A stretch of 64,000 nucleotides of DNA, taken from assembly GCA_050575255.1 (NCBI GenBank), contig JBNZDD010013687.1, positions 4,326,082 to 4,390,081 of the forward strand, in the 5' to 3' direction. This document shows, piece after piece, positions 24,000 through 37,500 of this stretch (the first letter of the stretch is position 1; each line of letters starts with the position of its first letter). The notes below the pieces were generated by a model, which saw only the letters and a list, made by a program, of their open reading frames with translations, had not been told where the DNA came from and did no database searches. Source of the stretch: Harriotta raleighana (lineage: Eukaryota). The translations under genes and the position numbers were made by a program.

Positions 24000-24706
24000 T
24001 TGTTAACCCTTGTCGAACGCGACTTTATCGATTGCGAATTCAAGTATACGTGATGAAACAAAAGCATCACTTTTTTGTGCAGCGTGCGCAAAACTTTAAT
24101 ACATGCTAGCTGGCCCCTGCACACATGTGCACATGTGAGGACACCGACCCGCTCCTGACTAAATCCGATGATTCCTCGGCTGGTTGGTCCCGCGCGCATG
24201 CGCACATTTGACAAGGCCAGCATATCCAGACTATAGTTGATGATTCCTCGGCTGGCTGGCCCCACGCGCAATGCATCCTTGGGTAAGTTTTTGATAACAG
24301 AAGAGACAGAGAGAGAGAGAGAGAACAGTAATGTAGCCTAGCTGTTGTTTTATTGCTTTATTTTTATTGGTTTACTGCTTTGTTATTGCTTTATTATAAC
24401 AATATAACAAAGCAGTAAAACAATAAAAAAAACTACTTTTTAAGTAAACCTGTGGCTCTCTGCTCCCCTCCCCCCGCCCCCGAGCGGCTCTCTGCTTCCC
24501 CCACCCCCGGCCCCGAGCGGCTCTCTGCTCCCCCTCCCCCCCATTCCCACCCCGAGCAGCTCTCTGCTCCCACACACCCCGCCCCCGAGCGGCTCTCTGT
24601 GGCTTGAGGTAGGTAGCCTGCGACTGGATTCCCCTAACCCCCCTTACTTCTTAAGTTTCTCCCAACGCGATTTCGTTGAATGCGCAGTTTTCCAGGAACG
24701 CAATCA
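24000..24706. mobile_element. Tigger-type non-autonomous element related to 6807-7436, ends eroded
   Basis: Shares CCCTTGTCGA.CGCGACTTT.TCGATTGC.AATTCAA at the left and GGCTTGAGGT.GGTAGCC...CAGGAACG at the right. Confidence 0.8.
24452..24600 (+). repeat. Minisatellite, ~5 units of ~30 bp (CCCGAGCGGCTCTCTGCTCCCC...)
   Basis: Directly visible tandem array inside the transposon. Confidence 0.88.
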
Positions 24707-24746
24707 TAGGATTTGTAGCACTGTATGCCTGTGCTACAATTGAACC

Positions 24747-25032
24747 AGCACTCCTGTAGCTCAGTGGTTAGAGCAGTCACCTTCTAAGCAAGATAACTGA
24801 ATTCAATTCCAGGAAGAATAAAACCTTAGGTAGAATCATTATTCCACACGACTAATAATAATCTAGAAAAAAAAATAGATTGGTCCTTTCAATCCACTAC
24901 TGTTTGTGGGATACTGCTGTGTGCAATTGGCTGCTGTGATTCACCCACAAATATACAGTCAATTCACTTTCGCTTTGAGTAATCTAGAAGATGTGAAAAG
25001 CGCTATATCAAATGTAAGGATTATTATTATTA
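24747..25032 (+). mobile_element. tRNA/Deu SINE
   Basis: CTCCTGTAGCTCAGTGGTTAGAGC head, core and (ATT)n tail. Confidence 0.88.
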
Positions 25033-26749
25033 TATCTAACACTAAACCAAAGTGTATAATAATGGGAGTTGCTGTGTAATGATTATAGCATAGAAAGCAA
25101 TATTGATTCTACCAATGATTAGACAAACAAATAATGACCAAGGATCAAATAAGCCAAACTTTATGTGCCTTCATTCACATCCAGTCAAGTAATTGCACAT
25201 GGTGAAGCTCAATATGCAAACTGCTGAAAAAGAGAGTAAATAATTCAGCAAAATATTAAGTGACACCTGAGACACTTTTAACTATCGTCAACCCTCTGAT
25301 TCTCCAATAAAAGCTTTGCATTTATTAATCATACTTGTATTAAATATTTTTATTATGTTTTTGAAAATGTTAGCCTGCTGTTTTGAGTTTCAAAACAAAA
25401 ATCGCTATTTTTCTTCAATACAAAATTTCAATATTAGAGCCACTGTGACCTTGTGCATTTAATATTTTTTAACAATGTTTAAAAACAAAGTAGGACGTGT
25501 TCTAATAAAGGGTTTAGACTTCCAGTTACAAATAAAATAATTAGCTTAGAGACTGTGTATAGTATTTTAGTCATCATTAGGCTTTTTCTTTTATTTATAT
25601 GTTGTTGGAAACTTGGTTCAGTTCTATATTATAAACCATGTTACAGATTCTCTTAGACTGAGAATTGAACTCAAAACTTCAAAAGTTCAGCTGCTCCTGA
25701 TTTGGGTTAAATTCTGTTGCCCTAGGACATAAGGGGGACAGGGAAGGGCGTAAATGAGGAAAAATGGGGTGATTCATAATGCTTTCTTGTTATACTGTGC
25801 AATTTGGCTGGCTCCCAAATGGGGTGTTATAATGAGGGTAGACTATAATCTTTGTAAACACTAAAATTTAATAAACAAGGTATTCCTCCTTTTTAAAAAA
25901 ACTTTGCTTTTTCATCAGAAATCCAAATTCCAATCAACAAGTCTGGTTCAGAATAGTTTATTAGCAAAGTTGAAGTCGAGACATGAAGCTCAAAATGTTG
26001 CATCTGTAGTATTTGAGTAACTACTAGTTATTTTCATTTTGTATGATAGATTTAATTAACCCACAAATTAAGTTAATGTGTATTTGTGCAGCACCTTCTA
26101 CCAAAAATCAGTTCATTGGTCAGACAGAATTCATCCTAAAGTGTCACACATTAATTAAAATAAATTTTCTTTGTGCAGATGGTTTAAAATTTGAATCAGG
26201 TAAAAGCCATTTTACTTAATTTTTAAAAAAAGTTTTAATACAGACTTAATTTAAAACAGCTGTAGATTTTGGAATATGAATTTACAGTACTCATGTAGAT
26301 ATGGTGTTGGACATTTTATGTTAGTCAGTTGCTTCTAAATTTACAGCAGGATTAATTTGGAAGTAAAACATTTTATCATTTGATCCATTCTGAGAGGTAC
26401 TATGTGCTCTGATGCACAAAATGTTGCCTGTTTTCAATTTTTCCTAGGAATTCATTTTGGATGGGTGTGTCTTTCCTGCCATTTCACTTGAACCCATCCA
26501 GTGCTGAACTTAATTATAAGTTTAAACATAAGGGAAGTAGATAAAACAGTGACCAAAGTAACACTCAGAGTTGCTATATGCCAAGCCCTGCTCAATTATT
26601 ATAGGTCCATACTCTCATCATCCACTCCAATATCCCACTAGTTTGTTGCATCAAAGGACAATAAATGGAGCAGTAGTTGTTTGTAAATCCTTAAATTGCT
26701 TTAAGAGTTATTATTTCTTAGTGAAGTTGATTTTGAAAACAAAAATTGA

Positions 26750-26925
26750 ATAATAATAATCCTTGCATTTGATATAGCGCTTTTCACATCTTCTAGACGA
26801 CTCAATGTACTTCACAGAATATACTATAAAGTGAATTGAGTTCATATTTGTGGGCAAAACGCGGCAGCGAATTATGCACAGCAGTCTCCCATAAAGAATC
26901 GTGGATTGAAATGACCAATTTTTTT
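26750..26925 (-). mobile_element. SINE 3' half
   Basis: Tail and core match the family. Confidence 0.85.
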
Positions 26926-27269
26926 TCAGAAGTAAGAGAATTCAGAATGGTTGTCATTTGAATGCGTGAAAGGCATTGTTGCTCAATGGAGCCTTAAGAT
27001 ATGTCTATGCAGCTAGCAAATGAGAACCTTAGGTCATAAGGGAGATGAATACAAAATGCAGTCACTGCGGGGGAAGCACTGTAAAAATGAAAGAGAATGT
27101 TAGAGTGCACAAAACAAAATCAGCGGAAAGGGAATTAAATTCCTCCATTTCCATTCATATGAAACTGAAAATGAATAGAAATTGGTGTACCTTTCAGAAT
27201 GGATCAAATGATAAAATGTTTTACAGGCACCCCTATTATTGCCTTGCTCCATTTGCTCCCCATACCCCA

Positions 27270-27660
27270 GCAGATTGAATTCTTCGATCTCACATGTAAA
27301 TTACTTCATAGTTTTGCCCAAACACATGTCTGCAATTTCCTTAAACCCTACAGACTAGGCCACTCCCTTCCCCTGCCCTACTTACCCCACCATTGATAGT
27401 GGCCTTCAGCCTTTCTGCCCCCGTGCTCTGGAACTCCATCCTTCAGACACTCCTTCCCTCACCTTGTTCCAAGGGGCATGTCAATCCCTAGGTGCTGTTT
27501 GGTAGCACTTTCAGTTATCTTCCCCTGCCCCCACCCCAGCCCCATTGGTTCCAACCCCCGCAGTTCCCATTGCAGCTCAGATGCCAAGCCTGTATTTTAA
27601 AGCAGTTTGGGACATTCTCCCTGTATCAAAGCTGCTATTTAATTGTAAATTTATATTGTA
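27270..27660 (+). mobile_element. Highly diverged L2 3' end
   Basis: GGCCTTCAGC...GCTCTGGAACTCCATCC and a degenerate tail AAAGCAGTTTGGGAC...TGTAAATT. Confidence 0.6.
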
Positions 27661-27904
27661 ATACACCCACAGAGTTTCAGAAATGAGTTTAGAGTTCCTT
27701 TTTGTACATTTTCATGGAGCTTTATTCAGCTTGGAGTGGGGAAAATTCACTTAGTGACCAAGGATTTGGATAATTGGTATAATGCAATATAGTGTTGCTT
27801 CTACATAAATCTGCAAAAAAAATTGTTTTGATATTGTGGCATCATGTTACTAAGAAGGTGCAGCTGTTGCTTGATCTGTTCAATCTGCTATTCCAATTTA
27901 AAAT

Positions 27905-28203
27905 GATCAGGACGAAACGTTAGGCAAGTTTCCTTATACTCCACATGCCTCTGCTTACCTTGCAGTAAGTATGAACCCAATTGTGAGTCGATTGGATCGC
28001 TTTTCCGGGGGTATTAATCCTTTTTTAAAAAACAATGTGGTCACTCAATCCACAACTGTTTGGAGGACACTGCCGTGGCCAATTGGCTGCTGCATTTCAC
28101 CCACAGAATATATAATGAATTCACGTTACGGTATATATTTTGTGTAGTACTTTGAAGACATGGTAAGATGTTATGTCAAATGCAAAGATTATTATTATTA
28201 TCA
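27905..28203 (+). mobile_element. SINE, longer subfamily with GCCTCTGCTTACC..GCAGTAAG..GTCGATTGG segment; head missing
   Basis: GGCAAGTTTCCTTA..CTCCAC, core and tail. Confidence 0.85.
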
Positions 28204-31037
28204 TCAATTTTACACAGGGAGAGGCCTGACAATTGTTCTCTTCACTACTGTGTTAAGGTTGTCTTTCGTTTTGTTACATTTAATTGGTGAATCTGATTAT
28301 GGGTAACTGGTCCAGCAGAATTCATGCTCCACTTCAAAGGTGTAGCAAAATGGTGGAATTCTAATGATTTAAAAAAAACTGTTTAGTGTTGACAGTGCAA
28401 AACATCTCAATCACAAAAGAATAAAGAATAATAACAAGCAACTTTTGTAGTTGAGAGCTTTCATATCCTCAAATGATAAATCTAAATAAGAGCTTGGAAA
28501 AAGAAGCGTTTCCTATACATGGAATCATATTTGTATCGTTTAGGTGGATGTTAAAGATTCTATTTTGTTTTTAAAAAAGGGAGATTCACCCAGTCTCCTG
28601 GACAACAATCTTCCAGATACTGTAAATTGGCTGTGCAGGTCAAGGTTGTTTTGGGGACCTTGTTGGGGTCCCGACTGACACTTTTGGCTATAAAAAGCAG
28701 TCATGACACTTCATTTTATTCCTTGCATTTGATAATAATTAAATACTTTGAGACATTTTGAAATAGGAGCTATAAAATGCAAAGACTGTTGTGAATAAAT
28801 GTGAAATTGTATTAGTTAATTTAGTACTGTAAGTGAATTTGTCCAAAAATAAATTGAGTTAGCTACTGAAGACTTGTTCGTGATTCAGGTATCTCACAGA
28901 TTCCTTGAGATAACTTGATCCCTAAATATTAGTATTTTAAAAAATAAAATTGTACATTTCATCACTACTATTAAAAGGTACATCACATTTTGCCAGCAGA
29001 GGGAACTATTTCCCTTTGTTCTTGTTTTATAGGGCCTTATCATGTCAAAACATCTTAAAGCACTTCATTACTGTCAAATGCAAGGATCTTATATATGGGA
29101 TGCATGATTGAAAACAAGGAAATAATCATTAATTACTGCTTTGATATGACACGGATACGAATAAGCTATTAGTTTGGATTTGTACATTAATTTATTCCCA
29201 GATATCATGTGTTGATAATAAATTATATTTACAATAATAGTAAATAATAATCCTTAAATTTATTATGATGGCTTTCACTTGATATTATGTGAAGTGTATT
29301 GAATGTATTATGTAGACATACTATTATTGAATTTGTTTTGTGTTTGGAGTGACTGAGGGATGTTTTCATTTTATTTTATGCACCCGGTGCAGCATAGTTT
29401 TGTCAGCAGTTCAACATCAAAACACTGCTTTAAAAAAAGCAGAATTGTATACAGTTACATACGTGAATAGTGCAAAGTAGCAGCCATAGCATTTCTCCAA
29501 TATAAATGAGTCATTACACACAACTCTTAGCTGCGGCCACTTTACTGCATACCAGCTCACTAGAGTTAGCTCTCATAATGCTGTAACACACTGCTCAGAA
29601 CATTGGTTTGTCCTGTTCATTTTTATTTTTCAATCAACACTTGCATAAGTTTGTTGGGCTAATTTTACTCCATTATCAACTTTTTTTTTCCATATCTTTG
29701 GTATTGTTTTACTTTTTAAAAAATATATATTTTTGTCCTAATGTGATCTGCAGTGACTTGTAGTTTAAAAAAATATATATTATCACAATCTTATATTAAT
29801 ATCAGATATTGCAAACCTAGGCTTAGTGTTGGTATTGTTAACACTTGTAGTTGTATAAAGAAAATTGAAGTTTTTTTTAATGGTCTCTTCACAATAAGAC
29901 TGATACCAGATACTTAATTGTCATCTTTGGAATATGCAGTGATGTAATCTTTAATGTAATTACTCACTTTCAGCAGAAGGTGGCAGATTTCAGCTGTTCA
30001 TATTTAATCTGGATTCAATAGGTTGGTGGATATTACTGGGTAATGAGGAAATAATGGTTAATTCTTGCATGTGTGCATGTATGTTTTATTATTAAAACCT
30101 ATTATGCTAAATAGAATCATACATACTTAAGTGTTCAATACAGTTTGCCATATTTGCTTGGAAACATCTTTTGAAATACCTCAAAGTTGATCTTATAAAA
30201 ATCATACATGATTTGTATTTGATGTCAAATGGTGTGAACCCAGCGCAGCCACATTATTGATGGTCTCTGTGTTTCTCCTGGTTACACTATTCTAAGCTAT
30301 TACATCTTTTTGTTGATCTCTATCAAATAACTCTCTTAGTTTTAGTTTAAATTTATTGCACGTAGATGTTTAAAATCTCAGAACCTGTTAGGCTCAATTT
30401 GCCGAAATATTTCCTAATGGATATTTTTCTGACCCTGCATCTCATTCTGTGAAACAGGATATATTGTACTTGCATGAAAATGTAAAAAAAATGGTTTGGC
30501 AATTTTGCTGAAGATATTTGTTGGTTTTGAATAATATAAATTCAAATAATTTTCTAAGTATAGGTTACAGTTACAATAATTCTAATATTGCATTATATAA
30601 TCTTCATAATTTATAAGATGAAGACAAACTCAAAGTACATTAAATATCAAAGACTTTTTACTGTAAAAATGTGGTATTATTCATGGGTTCATTGAATATG
30701 TGAAAGGGTACAGTATTTCAAATTGCTGCATATAAGACTTTTAGAAGTAAAATCAAATCATGTTAACTGTTAATAGATCATTTTAATAGCAACAAATATT
30801 TGACCGTCTGCAAAAAGACAGTGATATTTGAATTATTAATAACAATTATTTTTGAAAAGATTTTTGGATAGTTTTAGACTTTGATTTTTAATCCCCAGGC
30901 ACACATTTTAGGCAGATGTTTGGACCTTGTACTGATTGAAGTTGCATTGTTTTGGGGTGAAAAGATTTCAAAGATATTTGCTTAAATTTTGAACCTATTG
31001 TGGTACCCTTTCGAAATACAGAAATATTAATGAAACA

Positions 31038-31283
31038 TAATAATAATCCTTCCATTTAATATAGCGCTTTTCAAGTCTTCGAGACATCTCAAAGCGCTTC
31101 ATGGAATATACTGTGAAGTGAATTAACTGTATATTTGTGGGTAAAACGTGGCAGCCAATTGCGCACAGCAGTGTCCCACAAACAGTCATGAATTGAAATG
31201 ACCAATTTATTTGTTTTTTTGGAGGGATTATTAGTAGGCATGTGGAGTAAAGAAACTTGACCGAGGTTTTGCTTTGCCTGGAA
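31038..31283 (-). mobile_element. tRNA/Deu SINE, head truncated
   Basis: Matches the family consensus. Confidence 0.9.
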
Positions 31284-34227
31284 ATATAATAGCACATAGG
31301 CTTGGGCAGAGTGGAATATTTGAAATATTGGGTCTGCATACAAAGTACAGTATTTGATATTAGAATACTGTATATAGTTTCCAGAATGCCTTTCTTTTCT
31401 AAATCTTTATTGTATGTTAAGCAGAGTTTAAAAAAAAAAGAAAGATAATACATTCATTTTGAATAAATTGTAGGTATAGTGGAAAGTTGTTATCAGTTCA
31501 AGTTATGAAATAACTGTAAAGTCATTTATTTATAATAATAAAATAATTAAACTAATCTGAACAAAACTTTATCAAGATAATTTAATAGTTTTTGTGCATT
31601 TCCAAGTTTAACCTTGTCGTATGCATTTTTTTTTAAAAACTCCACTTAGTTGCAAATTCAAGCCCTGGATTGTGAATTAAACTCACAAGGCAGACTAACA
31701 TTGCAGTGCGGTAATGGGGGTAATGCTGCAATGTTGGTATTGACCTCCTACAAATAAGATGTTAAACCCGAGGTCTTATGTTCCAGATACTTTACGTATA
31801 TTGGTCAATAGCTTCATAGTTGTTTATAGGAGTTTCTGTGCCCCAAATGGCTGGTATGTTTGACGATTAATAGCGATGACTTGCAAAGTGATTAGAGATA
31901 TTTTAAGATAAAAGGCACTGCTGAATATGAAACGCAATAACCATTTTATCATTATTATGGAATTTGCATTGAACATCTGTATGGGTGTTCTGAAATCACA
32001 TGCAAAATTCAAGGTTTACAATTCTGAGAACCTAGAGAAGTTGGACAAAATCCTTTCATTCATGTTATTTTCAAAACATTTGCAACTGTTTTGCCTACAG
32101 TATTTTGGTCTTGTTCCTTTATTTCCTCAGAATCTGTACGGTAATATGGGATAGAAGCTTGCAACTGATGGGTGGTGTTGGGAAAGGTATAGTATATTAC
32201 TGTGCGGCATGGGAAGTCTCAGGTTGTCAATATGTTTTTTTATATACTGTATAACAACAACTTTCTGGAGTGCCCTTCATGTGAGGTAGATTGTAACACT
32301 TTCCCTCCTTATGGATATCCACAGGGGCCAATATAGTTTTCTTTCTGATGATAAAGGACTACATTCTCTAGCATAAACATAGATTTGCCAAAAATGCAAA
32401 TTCAATTCAACATTCTAAGGAGTTTGCCACAATAATGCTGATTTTCTGGTTTGGAAAGAGGTGAAATTCTGAAAATGAATGTATGATATTTCTTGTGATT
32501 TCTCTCATATCTATATTCTGAAAATATCAGGTAAAATTGAACATTATAGGTTAATTTGGGACTCGCTTGAGATTTTTCTAAAAATCTGGCAGTTTTCTGG
32601 GTGGATCATTGCAATACAACAATATCATAGTAAGTACTGTAAAAGGAAATTATTTTTTATAGTGAATGCTTTTAAAACACCCAATGTAACTCAAGAGCTT
32701 GACAGTCCTGGATACAGAGAGGCTATATTGTAAATAAGATTTGACTACTGCTATTGTTGTGCCTTCAATAGAAAAATCTCATGGTATTAGATAAAATAAG
32801 AAGTAATGCCTCTGAATGGCACCTTTCTGCATTCAACATAGCCGCTTAATTTGTGTACAAATGCAGTCACTATGCTTGACAGCAATTACTGTACCTCTAA
32901 AGTACTTTGAAACATTTTTGATATTATAATCAAATGCTAGGATTATTTATTTTTGCAGGAACTTAAGATGTTTCAGATGATGAGAAACCATTTTTTGTCA
33001 GACAGTTTAAAAACATTCCCCCAAAATTAATGATTTGTTCACATTATCAGTTGATATGAGATCTGTCTGTTTGAAAGGTTTTCAATGTATTTTCCATCTG
33101 CTCTCCTCCCCCCTCCCCATCCGATATATTCATTTCTTCTATTTTACCTGTCGGCTAACAACATTGTTTTATGGTAACATATTATTTAGTGGAAACTCAC
33201 GATTTCTATTTGAGAAATAATTTATATTACAGTATTAGGTTTAAAAGCTTTCATGGTTGTGCCAAACGAATTCCATCTCACAACAAAACCACAGGAAGGA
33301 ACGTCAAATGAGACTGACATTTTTACATTTAAAAACTCTATGTAATTTAATGCTGTTCTTTTCCATTGACAAATGTGACTTATTGCCTTAATTTTACAAG
33401 ATATTGCTCATTGCATTCTCTTCAGACCACCCAACATGAGTGTACAGTTGAAACCATTATTGCATGTATATCTGGGAATCACAGTATGTGAATTGCTACT
33501 TTGAGTAATGACTATTCTGACTGGAGACTTTTAGTTTGGATAACAAATTGATTGTCGAATTGAGATTTTTTTCATAAGTCAGTTGATTTGGAGTGCAATA
33601 GCGCAATATTTTGTTCAATCATAAACAGACTCATGGGGTAATTAATAGCTAGATTTGTTTACCAGGAATGGTTGTAGAGATCAGGATGTTAGATTTGTTG
33701 AAAACATTTTTTTACTTTGTCATTGGAAGAAGGTGGGATTGTTATGGAAGGATGAGATCAAATGGGCCACAAAACCTTTCTCATCCATACCTCTCTTGTG
33801 AGTTTGATATAACAGTGGATTTTTTCAAATATACTGACATCACCAATAAAAAATATTTTGTCAATATTTTCTGGGTGGTGATGGTTCTATTTTGTGTAAT
33901 ATTTTGTATAAAGGAAATTAAAAACTGCTTTGTATTCTGGCTTTTATTGTACATGCCACAAAAAGTGATGTCAAGCTTTTGGTACACATACTGTATTTGG
34001 AATTTGCAGTCATACAGTAGTACAATATATATATTGGAAATATTATATATATATTGACCTTCAGCATCTAGTCTTCATCATAAAAAGATAAGGTGACATT
34101 AAAATAAATGAAACGGAGTACAGGTGCAAATATTAGTACATACTATATTCAAAAATATATTTTTTATTTCCATTTGCTAATTTTAACTGGGCTGCATGTC
34201 GTGTATCCATTCAGTAACCATTTATTT

Positions 34228-34535
34228 AATAATAATTCTTCCATTTGATATTGCACTTTACATGTCTACTTGACACCTCAAAGCACTTCACAGAATTTAT
34301 AAAGTGATTTGACTGTATAAAGTGTACCATAAACAGTCGTGGAATTCTGTATGGTGGAAAAATTGTCTGCTGTGTTCTTCTGCAAATACATAATCACTAC
34401 TTGACAGTAAATACAGTGAAGCACTTTGCGACTTCCTACTGCCTTGGAAGGCGTTATATCAAATGCAAGGATTATGATATTATTTTAATGTTGAAATATC
34501 TCAAATGCTCCACAGTAATTACTGTCAAGTAGTAT
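34228..34535. mobile_element. Cluster of SINE 3' fragments in alternating orientation
   Basis: Minus-strand tail at 34228-34345, plus-strand tail at ~34350-34485, further minus fragment after. Confidence 0.65.
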
Positions 34536-37500
34536 TTCGCACAATATTAAATTGAAGTACAGTATTATTGTTTATTATTATGTTGCAAAGGAAATTAAGT
34601 ACATGTAGTAGTTATTCATCATTTGTGCTACAGGAGAAACAGAAATGTTCCCATCCTTGTTTAACATGCATTCTGAAACTAATAAAACATTTTTGTCTAT
34701 TGATTGCCAAAAATAAACTTCACACGAGGAACTATGGTAAAAATACATTTAATTTAATATGAATTATTTGCAATCTATGCAGTGTTTTAATAAGCATTCT
34801 CAAATGTCTTCATTTTCTCAGCATTTGTGTTGTCCTGCCAGTAAACCGCATCTAAGATCCAAATGTTTTTTTTAAAAACTCAGCAAACCAATGAGCATTT
34901 GCTTTTAGTACTTCTGGGACTGCAAGATGTGAACTGTGACTTATGTCATCAACATGATAAATCAGTGGGGTATCCACACATGGATTATAAGTGTTGTGAC
35001 TGGGAGACATGTGCTTTTAAAATATAATGTTATAATGATACTACTACATCTGTTCATTGCTTCTCAGACCACCTGAGATACTGCAGCAGATACTTGGATA
35101 CATATGTGGACACTTACAATCAGTTGATTTTCTTTGCATCCTTATGCCAAATAATAGAGGTGAGTTATGGCAATTTGAATTGGCCAAGAGAAGCATAACC
35201 ACTAAACTACTCCCATGAAGCTTTAAAAGTAAATTAAGTCACCTTTGAAGGCAAAATGAATGCATCATTTAAATATATCTAAACCAAATAAAGTCAAATG
35301 AGATACTAAATGTGTTTCATATGTTTTATTGAAAAACTTGCACACAATAGAAACTTTTATTTAGTGTTACAAATATTAAATATTTGTACTGTATTTGAAG
35401 ATGGGAAAGTACAGTGGAATTTGTCACACTGTTCTTGCTTTTGCAAGGCTTCGCGTTCACTTGTTTTTATTAAATAAACATGAAATAAAAATAAACTTTA
35501 AAAAAATGTGTATTGCTCAAGCCATGTGGCTGGAAGCAATGGAATAGCATTATATCATTGTAAACAATACACCTTCAATGATTTAAACTCATCAGAAACC
35601 AAAGAGGAAATGGTAATATAATTAGTGATAGACTTGCAATTCAAGTGGATAACTGAAAAGTGCTGTTTGGAAATCATTTTGGTGAACAATTTATAATCAA
35701 TTAAAGCTTCCTGAGAAAGTAGAAAGGATGAATTTGCTTGGGTCGATTTAAAAAGGGTGGAAAGACCATTAATATTGATATCAATCAAAATCAATCAAAA
35801 TTACACTTATATAGTGCCTTTCACATCGGGAGGACGTCCCAAGGGGCTGGCATGTTGACTACATCAGCATAAAGACAGAAATGCTGGTGTGAGATTGAAG
35901 ATGTGATTATCTTCAGTGCTATTTGAACAGTCAATGAAGAGGCATTTCCAAGAATGCCAATTTTATGCTTTTTCATAAACAGAACAACTGACAGAGACTT
36001 CTAATCCAGCTGTGAAATTGGACATTTTGGAGTCACCTCTATATTCCTATCTAAAGGTGTAGGATAGAAAGAACATATGGATACCCTGGTAGGACAAACA
36101 GAATGGTTTCTAAAAACAAGCTTAAAGTAATCAGTATTGCTTGCTAATAAACGATAATTGCAGAGAACTTTCAGTTTCCTTCAATTAGGTCCAAAAATTA
36201 ATACTTAGGTCTTGTTTGTTACATTTCCCTCCTGCTGTGAAGTTTTCCTGTGAACATATTCAGAACATCTTTGTTACATGAAGCCTTTTGGTTCCAACAA
36301 TCCTTTGGAAATTAATATTGCAGTAGTGATGATATGTTAAGGGATGAAGCTGACAATGCAAAAGGTCATGCTTTTTTTTAAAAAAAGCTTAGCATTGGCT
36401 ATCCTATGGATAGAGTCCAATTATAGATTTATTGTTACCATCTGAATTCGTGGATACTACTGTATGTTTATATGAAATTCATCAGGTTCTTATTTCACGT
36501 TTCAAGCATGTATAGTGTAACATCTGAAATGTTTCGGAATAGTATAAATAACTAAGGTTCTATTCCTGAAGTACAACTAATCTTGCACAATGCATTATGA
36601 AGATCTTTATTCCATATGGATGAATAAGTGAACCCTATTGGATTTTGGCATGGTTTCAAGCTATGCAGGAGGGAGGGAATGGCCACACAGCCTGCTGAAA
36701 GTTAAATGGGATCATTCACCCCTTCTTAATGAGCAGCTAAAATTCCTCCACAAACTATCTTACAATTTCTTGCAATCCATACCATATGAAGCACGTGGTC
36801 TGCATGTCCGTTTGCTTTTGATTTTTAGTGGTTGCAAATGGATTTTGCAAATATGTGCAAATCATCTCCACCACTCATTCCTCCAGATTGTTTTCTGTAT
36901 CTGTATCACCATCCTATGATGATTTCAAATGCTGGTCAGCTGACATTGCTTGCAGCAACACAGAAAATGAGACATCTTTGCTCATTCGCCCCAAGGGGAA
37001 GGAGATATCTCAGAAATAGGCTTTGCTGGCTTTGAGGTACCTTTTGAGAACGTTAGATCAAGTTTTATGCCACTCCGTCACCCCAAAATCCCCCAACGGA
37101 GATTTTGATAGAGAGTGTGTATCTTCCACTTCCTCTCCGTATTCTCATTAATCCTTTGCTGAATTGAAGATTAATGAGGATGATGTGTACCGTAACTGTT
37201 TCTTTCACTGAAAGAAAGCATCACTGCTAGTATACGGTTAACAGTCTTCTCCATTCTTTGCTCCTTATAATCTGTTCAACATTGCCACTCACAGACCTCC
37301 AGAATGTTGAGGACAAAGACTAAGCACTTCAATGCAATGGCCACAATGACTACAACTTAATTTTGGACAATTGAACTCCATTTTACCTTGGCGCTCCACT
37401 TGTTGAACTTTTTTCATAATCTCCATGGACATCCTGCAGGTGACACTCATTGCATTAATTCTTGTAGGTGTTTTACTCTTGTTTTTATTAAATATGCAAA